Assembly (NCBI GenBank): GCA_016840165.1
Contig: JAEOSU010000072.1
Location: 160,001-224,000, forward strand
From: Promethearchaeota archaeon
Lineage (GTDB): Archaea; Asgardarchaeota; Lokiarchaeia; Sigyniarchaeales; SOKP01
Direction: 5' to 3'
DNA: 64,000 nucleotides
Shown piece by piece: positions 48,994-58,941 of the stretch (within the stretch, counting starts at the first letter, position 1; the number at the start of each line of letters is the position of its first letter). The notes beneath the pieces are model-generated. The model worked only from the letters and a program-made list of their open reading frames with translations, did no database searches and was not told the DNA's origin. Both the position numbers and the translations under genes were made by a program.

Positions 48994-49139
48994 ATATCTA
49001 CACTAAAACTGGTTTTCAGTTTTTTAACTAGCGTATAATGGATTTAATTTAACTAAAATTATTATACTAATAAATTTATCAAATTATTGGGGCTCTAGTT
49101 TTTTTGAATTTTAAAGCTTTTTGATAAATGGTGTAAAAA

Positions 49140-52100
49140 ATGGAGGAAAAAAATAACAAAAAAGAAGATAATGATGGGCCAGATATAACAAAAGATGCTT
49201 TTTTTTCCGATATGGAGGATATGGAGGAAGAGATCGCTTCTGAAGCATTGAGTATCGTAGAACACGCTTTGTCTCTCATTCAATCAAACTTTTTTGATGA
49301 TGCAATAGAAATAATGCGTCAAGCAATCGGATTATATGAACAAATCGATAGAGAAGCTGAAATTAACGCTTTGAAAAAAAAGATAGCCGATATCTATATA
49401 ATGAAAGAACAAACATTTAAAAAAGAGGAGAGTAAAGAAATTCTTGATATGTCTACAGAAAGTATGAAGGTCATATCACCTAAAGATTCAGCTGAACTTT
49501 ACGCTAATATATTAAAGTTAATAGAAAACGCCAAACGATTGATTAGTTCTAACCAATTTGATAAAGCTTTAGATAATTTTGATGAAGCGATATTAATTTC
49601 ACAGCAGTTAAATGATGAGCCCAAAGTTGAGGAGATAAATAAATATATTGAGGATTGCTACAATAAAAAAGCGCAATTTCTACGCGAAAAAAGAAAAAAA
49701 GAGGAAGTTAAGGTTGAAAGGCAACTTACACCAGAAGAACTGAAAGCTAAAAAACTTAGAGAATTTGAGGAGGCAAAAGAACGGGAAGAAGGGATTTCCA
49801 ATGAAGCATTTGATAAGATAGGAAAAGCCTCAGATTTTGCTAAAATTCATCAATATGACGAGGCTATAGCACTATATCTTGAAGGAATTTCACTTTTTGA
49901 CCAAATCGGTTGGAATAATGAAAGTAAAAAAATCCGGGATACAATTTCATATATAGAAAAGCAAAAAGAAAAGCATATTCAAGAAATTGAGAGAGTAAAA
50001 GCTCAAGAAAAACAGAGAGAAATTTTAGAACAGCAAAAAGCAAAAGAGTTTGTGGAGTTAACAGAAAATAAGGAAGAGAGAATTACAAAAACCAAAGCGG
50101 AAAAGATTGCTCGAATAGAGGCCAAAAGACAGGAAGAACTTCTTTTTCAAAATAATATATCTGGAATGATCGATGAGGCAGAGAAATTAGCAAGACAATA
50201 TGATATTGACATGAAAAAAGCGATTAAGAAAGGAGAATTAATTGAAGAGTGCATTTATCCAGAAGTAATTGAAATTTACGAGGAAGTAAGAAACAGAGTA
50301 AATGAAAAAGGGTGGAAGGATCAAGTAGCAATCTATAGCACTCAAATTGAAAAGTATAAAGAACTATTAGAGAGAGACAATAAAATTAGAGAAATTGAAC
50401 AAGAAAAAGCAAGAAAACAAAAAGAATTTGAAGATTTACTTAGAGTTCAAAAACCTGACGTATTTAATGCTTCGCAAGCAACTCAGATTCCAGAAGTCAA
50501 GAAAGAATGGAGTGAACAGGGAGCTCAAATCAAGGAACAAATTGAATTCTTGGCCAATAAAGCAGAGCGAATGGCACGTGAATATGAATCACAATTTAAG
50601 AAAGCAATTAAAGAAGGTGATCTAACTCTTGAATCAAAATATCCAAACATTATTAATATCTATTCAAAAATTATAGCTATGGCACATGAAAAGGGATTGA
50701 GCGAAGAAGTTGCGATATATAACACTCATATAACAAAATATAGAGATTTATTAGAGAGAGAAAATAAGTTAAAAGAGATCGAGAAGAGGAAATTAGAGGA
50801 AAAAAAAATATTTGAAGATTTTCAAAAGATTAAAAAGATTGATGAGACTGAAACAGAAGTTAGAGAAAAAGTTTACCAAGCTCAGGCTAAGGCTGAAAAG
50901 GAAGAAGGGGAAATACAATTAGAGCATGAAATTGATGATTTAGTTAGTAAAGCGGAAAGAATGGCCCGTGAATATGAAGTTGGAATAAAAAAAGGAAATT
51001 TCGATTTAGAATGTCCTTATCAGCAAATCATAGAGATTTATGACGAAATCAGAAGCAAGGTTTATGCAAGTGGTTGGCAAGGAGAAGCAGAGGTATATAA
51101 GAATCAAATTAAGATATATCAAGAAAAGTTACAGAATGATATTAAATTACGTGAATTAGAAGAAGAAAAACATAAGAAGCAGTTATTATATGAGGAAGCA
51201 ATGAAGGCATCCCAGAAAGACGAATCAGGAAAATATATTGCATTAAAAATGAAAGAAGAAGAGCAAGATCAAACAGATATAATTTTCAATCAGGCTATGG
51301 ATTTGATAAATAAAACTGAAAATGAGGTAAAAAGTTATGAATTAAGCTTGAAAAAGGAAATTCTAACCATTAGTAGTCCCTATGAGAAAGCAATCAAAAA
51401 TTACGAAAATGCTAGAAAATTGCTACTTCAAATCGGATGGAAGGATGAAGCTCTAAAATTAAACGATACTATCAGTTTATATAAACAAAAGAAAGCCCGA
51501 GACGACAATTTGAGAAAAATAGAGACGGAAAAATTAAAAAAGGAGACCGTAAAAGTTCAAAAACTCAGAGAAACCGTAAAGAAGGAAATTTTTATCGAGG
51601 AAGAAAAACGAATTGAACTTCAAAAATTAAAACAGGAAAAGTCAAAAGAAGCAGATTTTGTTTTTGAATTAATTAATAGGGCAGAAAAAATGGCACAGGA
51701 ATACGAAATAAAGAAAAAAGATGATATTTTGAGCATTAAATCACCTTATCAAGAAATTATCAATACATATAAAGTTGCGCAGGAAAAATTTAAAGAGATT
51801 GGATGGACAGAACAAGCATCTCAGTTAGTAAATACTATTAACTACTATATGCAAAAAATGGATGCCGATGAAAGGTTAAGATACTTAGAGCATAAAAGAA
51901 TCAGAGAAGAAGAAGCAGAAATGAAAAAGATGAAGATTGAATCAAAATTAGCAAAGGAAGCTGAGGAGGATTTAAAAAAGCAAAAAGTAAAAGCTCTTGA
52001 AATAAAAAGGATACAACAGTTGGAATATGAAGCCAAAAAAGATCAAGCATTTACCTTTATGGATCTTGCAAAAAAAGAATTAACACAAAACCATTTTGAT

Positions 52101-53228
52101 AAAGCAATAAATTTTTACAAAGAGAGTGAAAAAATCTTTGCAGAAATCAATTGGTTAGAAGGAATAAAGATGATAAATGAATCTATAGAGATTATAAAAA
52201 GAAAAAGGGAGAAATATGAGCAAGAACAAAGATATCTTATAGAACGGGAAGAAGAAAGAAAAAAATTAGAATCAGAAATCAAACAACAAATATCTAAAGC
52301 TCAAGATCTTAAAAAAATGCAAGAAGAACAACGAAGGCAAGAATTCTTAGAGCTTCAGAAAGAAAAGGAACGAGAAAAGCAAATAGCAGATCAAGCATAC
52401 AAATTGCTCGAAGAGGGCACTAAATTGAAAAATAAGAAAAAATTTGAAGAAGCTTATGAAAAGTATATCATGGGAAGAGATCTCTTTAATAAACTTGATT
52501 GGCAACATGAAGTAAGTCGTATTAATAATGATTTACTTTTCATACTTAAAAAAGAAATGAAACAAGCTGAAAAGATTAAAAAAAATCAGGAAAAAAAGGA
52601 AGAAGAACAAAAAGAATTAGAAGTACTATTGAAAGAAGCAGACTTAAAGCAGCAGGAATTAGAACGAATTAAGAAAGAAGAGAAAAGAAAACAACGTGGA
52701 AAAATAATTGAAGAGGAGATGGAAGATGCAAATTTTATAATAAAGGACCTTAAATATAATGAGGCAATCTTAAAATTCAAACGTGTGATAAGAAAATTAG
52801 AAAAAATGGGAAATGAAAAATTGATCAAACAGATAAAAAACAAAATAGATATCTTAGAAAATGCGAGTCAAATTCCTCTTATAGCGATTGAAGATATTGA
52901 AAAAAGTGAGTATCGCAACCAATATAAATTTGCATTTAGAGCATTAGATAAAGCTCAACTATCAATTTCAAAAAACTTGTTTATGAGAGCAATTTCAGAA
53001 TTAAGTGAAGCCATCTATAATTTAGAAGAAACGAAACTTGGAGATAAATATATTCCATTACTTGAAGAAAAAATCAATATATATAAAAAAGAACTGGGAA
53101 TAGAAGAGAGTATTAAGCCAGAAAAGAAAGAACCTGTAGTCAAAACAAGTGAAGATGATTTGAGGGCAAAGATCGCCGCACGAAGAGCAGAGAGACGAAA
53201 AAAAATCAGAGAGTTGATGGAAGAATAA
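49140..53228 (+). CDS. 1362-aa helical repeat protein: TPR/MIT-like bundles joined by E/K-rich coiled-coil linkers
   Basis: Recurring units AE[KR]MAR.YE...PY..II..Y......GW.....Y...I..Y...L..D..LR..E.EK, plus shorter A..L.....FD.A...Y units; very E/K-rich linkers. Confidence 0.85.
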   Translation: MEEKNNKKEDNDGPDITKDAFFSDMEDMEEEIASEALSIVEHALSLIQSNFFDDAIEIMRQAIGLYEQIDREAEINALKKKIADIYIMKEQTFKKEESKEILDMSTESMKVISPKDSAELYANILKLIENAKRLISSNQFDKALDNFDEAILISQQLNDEPKVEEINKYIEDCYNKKAQFLREKRKKEEVKVERQLTPEELKAKKLREFEEAKEREEGISNEAFDKIGKASDFAKIHQYDEAIALYLEGISLFDQIGWNNESKKIRDTISYIEKQKEKHIQEIERVKAQEKQREILEQQKAKEFVELTENKEERITKTKAEKIARIEAKRQEELLFQNNISGMIDEAEKLARQYDIDMKKAIKKGELIEECIYPEVIEIYEEVRNRVNEKGWKDQVAIYSTQIEKYKELLERDNKIREIEQEKARKQKEFEDLLRVQKPDVFNASQATQIPEVKKEWSEQGAQIKEQIEFLANKAERMAREYESQFKKAIKEGDLTLESKYPNIINIYSKIIAMAHEKGLSEEVAIYNTHITKYRDLLERENKLKEIEKRKLEEKKIFEDFQKIKKIDETETEVREKVYQAQAKAEKEEGEIQLEHEIDDLVSKAERMAREYEVGIKKGNFDLECPYQQIIEIYDEIRSKVYASGWQGEAEVYKNQIKIYQEKLQNDIKLRELEEEKHKKQLLYEEAMKASQKDESGKYIALKMKEEEQDQTDIIFNQAMDLINKTENEVKSYELSLKKEILTISSPYEKAIKNYENARKLLLQIGWKDEALKLNDTISLYKQKKARDDNLRKIETEKLKKETVKVQKLRETVKKEIFIEEEKRIELQKLKQEKSKEADFVFELINRAEKMAQEYEIKKKDDILSIKSPYQEIINTYKVAQEKFKEIGWTEQASQLVNTINYYMQKMDADERLRYLEHKRIREEEAEMKKMKIESKLAKEAEEDLKKQKVKALEIKRIQQLEYEAKKDQAFTFMDLAKKELTQNHFDKAINFYKESEKIFAEINWLEGIKMINESIEIIKRKREKYEQEQRYLIEREEERKKLESEIKQQISKAQDLKKMQEEQRRQEFLELQKEKEREKQIADQAYKLLEEGTKLKNKKKFEEAYEKYIMGRDLFNKLDWQHEVSRINNDLLFILKKEMKQAEKIKKNQEKKEEEQKELEVLLKEADLKQQELERIKKEEKRKQRGKIIEEEMEDANFIIKDLKYNEAILKFKRVIRKLEKMGNEKLIKQIKNKIDILENASQIPLIAIEDIEKSEYRNQYKFAFRALDKAQLSISKNLFMRAISELSEAIYNLEETKLGDKYIPLLEEKINIYKKELGIEESIKPEKKEPVVKTSEDDLRAKIAARRAERRKKIRELMEE

Positions 53229-53268
53229 ACTTTTTTTAATTATAAAATAAAAAATAGAAAAGTAAGAT

Positions 53269-53484
53269 TTATATTAATTCTTCAATTTCTTTTACAATTT
53301 CTGACTCTATAATACTTGGATTTATATTCCTTTTAACTGATTCTTCAATTAGATATTCGGTTTTAATAAGATCTCTAATCCCTACTCTAATGGCTTCGCT
53401 ACGATTTGGAAATTTCTCTTCCGCAACTAACATTTCTAAAACTTTTAAATAAGATTCTGGTAAATTAACAGAAATTAGTTTCAT
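53269..53484 (-). CDS. Ribbon-helix-helix transcription factor, CdrS-like
   Basis: MKLISVNLPESYL..LE.LV....FPNRSEAIR..IRDLI; GGAG SD upstream. Confidence 0.85.
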   Translation of the reverse strand: MKLISVNLPESYLKVLEMLVAEEKFPNRSEAIRVGIRDLIKTEYLIEESVKRNINPSIIESEIVKEIEELI

Positions 53485-53787
53485 AATTTAAAACTCCATA
53501 TATTTTTAGTCATATTATGAGGGTATATATTAACATATAACAGAGGTGATATATAAAGATTTCAATGGAAAATGACCCCAAGTCTTCCGACGGAATTATT
53601 TAGACTCTTCATTACTATTTTTTAACAGACTTTATGAAAAAATTAGACATTTAAGATAATACTATTCACTATCTTACCCCTTCTGCTATTTTATTAAGAA
53701 AATATATCGAAAAATATTTATATATGGTATTATGTGTTACATATAATATATTATATATAAAATATAAAAATTAGAGTAGAGAATATT

Positions 53788-54111
53788 ATGGCTGACATTG
53801 AAGCTCAATTAAGAGAGCATCTAAAAAATGGAAAAGATTGGGAAAAGATGGAAACTCCAGTTGATGGAGTTTCGGTTGTTAAAGTACCTGCTACGAAAAC
53901 AAGACCTGCATTGCTCTTTTTAGAAGTCAATCCTATAAAAGATGATGGAAAGCCTATGAAACGTAAAGGTTTATTTGTAGGATCAAAGGAAATGCTTATA
54001 AAGTTCGGAGAGGCATTGAATGATGACAAAGTCTTTCAGTTAATCGGAGAGCTTGAAAAAATCAATCCAAAAAACTCAATGAATAGTAGTGCGAAAAAAC
54101 TAAAAATGTAA
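53788..54111 (+). CDS. Conserved-looking hypothetical protein
   Basis: 107 aa; DWEKM.TPV.GV.VVKVP...LEVNP...G.P.KRKGLF; divergent from the RHH gene. Confidence 0.7.
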   Translation: MADIEAQLREHLKNGKDWEKMETPVDGVSVVKVPATKTRPALLFLEVNPIKDDGKPMKRKGLFVGSKEMLIKFGEALNDDKVFQLIGELEKINPKNSMNSSAKKLKM

Positions 54112-54282
54112 TTTTTTCTCAATATAATTATTATCCATTATTTTTATTCCCTTAATGTAATGGTTAAGTTGCTTAGTTAAGTAAATTTAAATTCATAAAG
54201 AATTATTTTTTATTATATTAAATGATTAAATATTTAGTTAAATCAGAAAATTAAGTATACCATAAGTTTAAGGAGATATAAT

Positions 54283-54558
54283 ATGGAAGAAGATGGTAAA
54301 CATTGTATCCAATGCGGTGGAGAAACTTTTCGATTGGTACATGATGAATGGATGTCTAGAACTTTTCGCTTCGTTGAGAACGGGCAATTGAAGATGTGTG
54401 ATGGATGTGGAGCAAAATATTTAGTTTGCAAACAATGTGGCTCTTTATTCACTAGAGTTCATCCTGCTTTAGAGGCATGGGAAGTTAATCAAAAATGCCC
54501 CGCATGCGGATATGAAGACCCCGAAGTAAAAGCATGGGATGGCGTTTCAGCCCGATAA
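54283..54558 (+). CDS. Small zinc-ribbon protein (four CxxC)
   Basis: CIQC, CDGC, CKQC, CPAC; AGGAG SD upstream. Confidence 0.8.
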   Translation: MEEDGKHCIQCGGETFRLVHDEWMSRTFRFVENGQLKMCDGCGAKYLVCKQCGSLFTRVHPALEAWEVNQKCPACGYEDPEVKAWDGVSAR

Positions 54559-54791
54559 CATAAAAATCTACACCTCCAATTTCTTTTTTAATAATTAGAC
54601 TTTTGAACATAGATATAAACTTATTCTTTAAATCTTCGCAAAAAAAGGAAGATATTCACCTCTTTCCAGTAAAAATTATATCAAATAATAAATTATTGAA
54701 TAGAATTAAACAAAGATAATTAAGAAAATTTAAATTTTGAGTTAGCAAATAATGTGTTAATAGAAAAATTAATTGATTCTCATGGTAAATC

Positions 54792-55268
54792 ATGAATAAC
54801 GTAAAAATTGAGATTGCATCCCCAGAAAATATCGATTCTTTAATGAATTTAACTAAAGAATTGGTCGAAGGTCTTGGTCAAAGTTTTGAACCAAAAAGAT
54901 TTGATTGGGGAATTCGACGAAGATTATATGATCCTCTACAACGGCACGGCATTTTAATTGCGGTGGATGAAGATAATGAAAATGAGGTAGTAGGTATGAT
55001 TATTGCAGAGCTAAGAATCGATCCTTTTGGCTCTTCTGAAGGATATATAAAACAGGTTTTTCTCAAGGAAAAATATCGAGGAAAAGGGATCGGAGCGCTC
55101 CTACTTAAGAAGGCTATAGAACATTTAAAAAAGATAAAGGTAGAAAAGATAAAAGTTAATATTAAAGAGAAAGCTCAGCAAGCCGCTAATCTTTACTCAA
55201 AAATGAATTTTAAAAAAGTATATGAAGTGTTAGAATTAGATTTATCTAAGAACGCCTCAGATGATTAA
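54792..55268 (+). CDS. GNAT-family N-acetyltransferase
   Basis: VFLKEKYRGKGIGALLL (motif A), LYSKMNF; overlaps the first RFC gene by 8 nt. Confidence 0.88.
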   Translation: MNNVKIEIASPENIDSLMNLTKELVEGLGQSFEPKRFDWGIRRRLYDPLQRHGILIAVDEDNENEVVGMIIAELRIDPFGSSEGYIKQVFLKEKYRGKGIGALLLKKAIEHLKKIKVEKIKVNIKEKAQQAANLYSKMNFKKVYEVLELDLSKNASDD

Positions 55269-56247
55269 CGTGGATTACGATGAAGATCGTCCCTGGGTCG
55301 AAAAATACCGGCCTACTTCATTTGCAGAAATTGTAAGTCAAAATTTAGCCATATATAATCTTAAGAATTTCGTAGCTCGCAAAAGTATGCCTCATATGAT
55401 ATTCACTGGTCCTGCGGGTACAGGTAAGACGAGTACAGCATTAATAGTAGCAAAAGCAATTATTAAGGATGAGCTATATCACCGAAATGTTTTAGAATTA
55501 AATGCATCAGATACAGTAAGGATGTCCTATGTGAGAAATGTTATTAAATCATTTGTTGCTCAAAAAATGATTTTAGATGATAATGGTTTAAAGATTATAA
55601 TTTTAGACGAAGCAGATAATATCCCTAATCAGGTTCAACAAGCATTAAGGAGAATTATAGAAAAATACTCCGAGAACGTGAAATTTATCTTACTATGCAA
55701 TTATATTAATAAAATCATAGATCCAATCATATCTAGATGTGCTGTATTCAGATTCATCAATTTATCTAAAGAAAAAGTTATTGAGCGTTTAAAATATATT
55801 GTAGAGAAAGAAAGATTGCAAATCCCTAAAAATGTTGAAGAAAATTTTTATGAAACACTTTTTTTTATTTCGGGAGGAGATTTGAGAAAAGCAATTAATA
55901 CCTTGCAGATGGCTGTAGCGTTGGATCTAATTGAGAACTTAAATCTAAATGAATTATTGCGAATATCAGGTTTCTTAGATAAAACTACTATGACGAATTT
56001 AATTGAGACGGTTAATAAGAGAAATTTTGAGAGTGCTCGACTGCTTATTGAAGAACTGGAAAAAATTGACAGTCGAAATTTAATTCGACAAATAAATGTA
56101 AACCTAGATAAATTCAACATTCAAGAAGCGAGTTATTCCCAAATCCTATCAAACTTTGGGGATATTGACTATAAGATTAGTCAAGGAGCAGATGAAAAAC
56201 TACAACTAATAGCATTATTAGCTATTATTATGCAAAATTCAAATTAA
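55261..56247 (+). CDS. rfcS: Replication factor C small subunit (canonical)
   Basis: PWVEKYRP, GPAGTGKT, LELNASD, ILDEAD, QQALRR..EKY, SRC, GDLRKAIN. Confidence 0.95.
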   Translation: MINVDYDEDRPWVEKYRPTSFAEIVSQNLAIYNLKNFVARKSMPHMIFTGPAGTGKTSTALIVAKAIIKDELYHRNVLELNASDTVRMSYVRNVIKSFVAQKMILDDNGLKIIILDEADNIPNQVQQALRRIIEKYSENVKFILLCNYINKIIDPIISRCAVFRFINLSKEKVIERLKYIVEKERLQIPKNVEENFYETLFFISGGDLRKAINTLQMAVALDLIENLNLNELLRISGFLDKTTMTNLIETVNKRNFESARLLIEELEKIDSRNLIRQINVNLDKFNIQEASYSQILSNFGDIDYKISQGADEKLQLIALLAIIMQNSN

Positions 56248-56273
56248 ATAACCACTAAAATAAGGATTCATAC

Positions 56274-57320
56274 ATGAGCGAAGATATTCCTGTTTGGCGG
56301 ATTAAGTATTTGCCCCAAAAATTAAGTGAAATATGTGGTAGAACTGAACTAGTAGAAAGACTTTATAGGAGTGTAAAAGAAAAGAACTTCCCTCACTTAT
56401 TATTTGTAGGACCAGAAGGTAGTGGAAAAACTACAATCGCAACTCTCTTTTCTCAAGAATTTTTAGGCAAATATTTTAAAAGCAATTTTCAGAAAGTTTA
56501 TGCGGATATGCCATTAACTAGTGAGGAGTTGAAACAAGCTCGCTCTGATGCTTATGTTTCGACAAATAAAATTGGAAGTTTAGCAGGAAAGAAAATTACC
56601 ACTCCAGCCTTCATTCAGGTTAAAATAAAGCCGTTTATCGAATTAAAAGCATTAGGAGATGTCCCTTTCAAAATATTAATCGTGAAAAACTTTGAAGCAT
56701 TAGGTTCGAATCAACAAGCGTTTAGAAGGTTGATGGAGATTTATGGCAAAAATTGTCGGATGATATTAATAACCACAAAAGTATCTGCGATAATTGATCC
56801 AATTATTAGTAGATGTCAGATATTTCTAATCTCACCTCCAAATTATGAGGATTTTAACCATGAGATTCAAAAAATTATAGATCATGAAGATTTAGTGATT
56901 GAAGAGAAAGATATTAAACTAATATATAAAATAACAAATGGCAAGATTGCAGAAGCTATTGACTTATTGCAATTATCAAGCATTCCTGGAGAAAAGATTG
57001 ATGGAACCATGATATATGAAAATATAATCACTTCAAAAACAAATTTAGTTAGAAATCTATTATTAATTTGTTTGAAAGGGGATTTTCCAAAAGCAAGAGA
57101 GCTTTCAAGAAAAATTCAATCTGATTATAAATATTCTTCTCAAGAAGTATTTAATTTGATGTTAAGAGAAATGTTTAAACTCCCCTTAAGTCGTTATGCT
57201 CGAAATCATATTGTTAATTTAATTGCTGACGCTGATTACAGAGCAATTGATGGTTTAGATATAGATATTCAAATATCCAACTTATTAGCCAAATTATGTG
57301 ATTATAGTGAATTTTTATAG
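56274..57320 (+). CDS. Second, divergent replication factor C small subunit
   Basis: WRIKYLP, FPHLLFVGPEGSGKTT, QQAFRRLME, IIDPIISRC, collar region ADADYR..DG...IQI. Walker B reads LIVKNFE. Confidence 0.88.
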   Translation: MSEDIPVWRIKYLPQKLSEICGRTELVERLYRSVKEKNFPHLLFVGPEGSGKTTIATLFSQEFLGKYFKSNFQKVYADMPLTSEELKQARSDAYVSTNKIGSLAGKKITTPAFIQVKIKPFIELKALGDVPFKILIVKNFEALGSNQQAFRRLMEIYGKNCRMILITTKVSAIIDPIISRCQIFLISPPNYEDFNHEIQKIIDHEDLVIEEKDIKLIYKITNGKIAEAIDLLQLSSIPGEKIDGTMIYENIITSKTNLVRNLLLICLKGDFPKARELSRKIQSDYKYSSQEVFNLMLREMFKLPLSRYARNHIVNLIADADYRAIDGLDIDIQISNLLAKLCDYSEFL

Positions 57321-57329
57321 GTGATAAGA

Positions 57330-58688
57330 ATGAGAGATACAGTAGATCGTCCATGGGTTGAAAGATATCGTCCTCAGTCTATAAAAGATATGGCAATTCC
57401 TCAAGCAAAGGTGAGTGGTCATAGAGTAGCATTAGATGAAGAGTTAAGGATTTTTATAAAAAACTTTTTCAATGAAATCCATAGAATAAATGAAGAAAAT
57501 AAAAAAATTCGAACATATAATAGAAGTGTTGATGAGAAGAAACAAAAGAAAGAATTGACTCTTCCATCTGAAAAAGCAGCGATATTACTGGAAGGACCTC
57601 CTGGAATAGGAAAAACCTCTATTGTATATGCTTTAGCAAATGATTTAAATATGGAGGTTATTGAAACAAATGCCTCTGATACAAGAACTAGGGATGCCCT
57701 AGAATCTAAATTAAAGGAAACAGTGAAATCTAAAGGTATTATGGATTTTATTGTTCAATCTAAGGATAAAATTATTTTAATAGACGAAATTGATGGAATT
57801 TATGGCGTAACTGATAGAGGAGCCGTTCCAACCATATTGGATCTAATTGAGAATACTCAATTCCCGGTCATAATGTGCTCTAATGAATATAAGAGAAATC
57901 TCCAACCTCTATATAACAAGATCACAAAATTTGAAATAAATCCATTATCCCATGATGAAATTCTTAAAATTGTAAAGAGAATCTTAAAGAGGGAAAAGAT
58001 TAATAATTTAACTCCAGATGACTTAAATTTTATAATTGATAAAAATAACGGAGATCTACGAGGTATCATAAATGATCTCCAAGGTATATATCAAGGAGGA
58101 TTAGATGATGATAAAAAAGAAATATTAACTCAACTGCATCGAGATAGCACTGAGGAAATATTCTCACTAATCAGAGAATTATTTCAGGACGCTAAAACAC
58201 TTCAGCAAGCACGAAAAATCACAGATAAATCAGATGTTGATTATAACTTTCTCTATAAATGGATTAACGAGAACTTACCAACTTTCATAAAAAAAAATAA
58301 GGAATTAAAAAACGCATATGAGAATTTATCATTAGCCGATGAAATCTTTGGTCGAATCCGAAAAAATCAATATTGGTCGCTTTTACCCTATTTCTATGAT
58401 CTTTTCTCAGGGGGAGTGGTCTTAGCAAGGAAATATCATCCTGAAAATGAAGGCTTTAGGCGTATAAATTTTCCCCGATTCACTTCAACAGGATTCTTTT
58501 CATTATCTGTTGCAGAGCGATCTTTTGTTGAAAAGGTAAAAGAAAGATATGATATCTCAGAAGTGGAGATTATACAAAATTTTCTACCATTTTTAAGAAA
58601 ACTAACTTCAGATTCAAGGAAGTATCTTAAAATTATTAGTGATTGGTTTGATTTAGATGCAAAGGAAAAGAAATTATTGAAAAAATGA
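57330..58688 (+). CDS. rfcL: Replication factor C large subunit
   Basis: PWVERYRP, GPPGIGKT, IETNASD.R, LIDEIDG, GDLRGIINDLQ, WINEN, AYENLSLAD..FGRI...QYWSLL.Y. ATG 57330 is preceded by an AGGTGAT SD motif. Confidence 0.93.
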   Translation: MRDTVDRPWVERYRPQSIKDMAIPQAKVSGHRVALDEELRIFIKNFFNEIHRINEENKKIRTYNRSVDEKKQKKELTLPSEKAAILLEGPPGIGKTSIVYALANDLNMEVIETNASDTRTRDALESKLKETVKSKGIMDFIVQSKDKIILIDEIDGIYGVTDRGAVPTILDLIENTQFPVIMCSNEYKRNLQPLYNKITKFEINPLSHDEILKIVKRILKREKINNLTPDDLNFIIDKNNGDLRGIINDLQGIYQGGLDDDKKEILTQLHRDSTEEIFSLIRELFQDAKTLQQARKITDKSDVDYNFLYKWINENLPTFIKKNKELKNAYENLSLADEIFGRIRKNQYWSLLPYFYDLFSGGVVLARKYHPENEGFRRINFPRFTSTGFFSLSVAERSFVEKVKERYDISEVEIIQNFLPFLRKLTSDSRKYLKIISDWFDLDAKEKKLLKK

Positions 58689-58941
58689 TCTACCCATAAA
58701 TTAGTAGTTAAAATATCTAAAATTATATGAGCTTACTTTTATTTATTCATTATTTTATTTGATCCACTATTTATCTTTGCTATTCTCTGCAGCTTTATAA
58801 GTTTGGTTGTTCTAGTAAATATAATCTACAAATAATACTAAATATTTCAAGTTAATTACTATTCAAAATTACCAATTAAATTTATAAATCGATTGCAATT
58901 TCACTATCCTAATAGATTATCAATGAAAATTTATGATTTAG

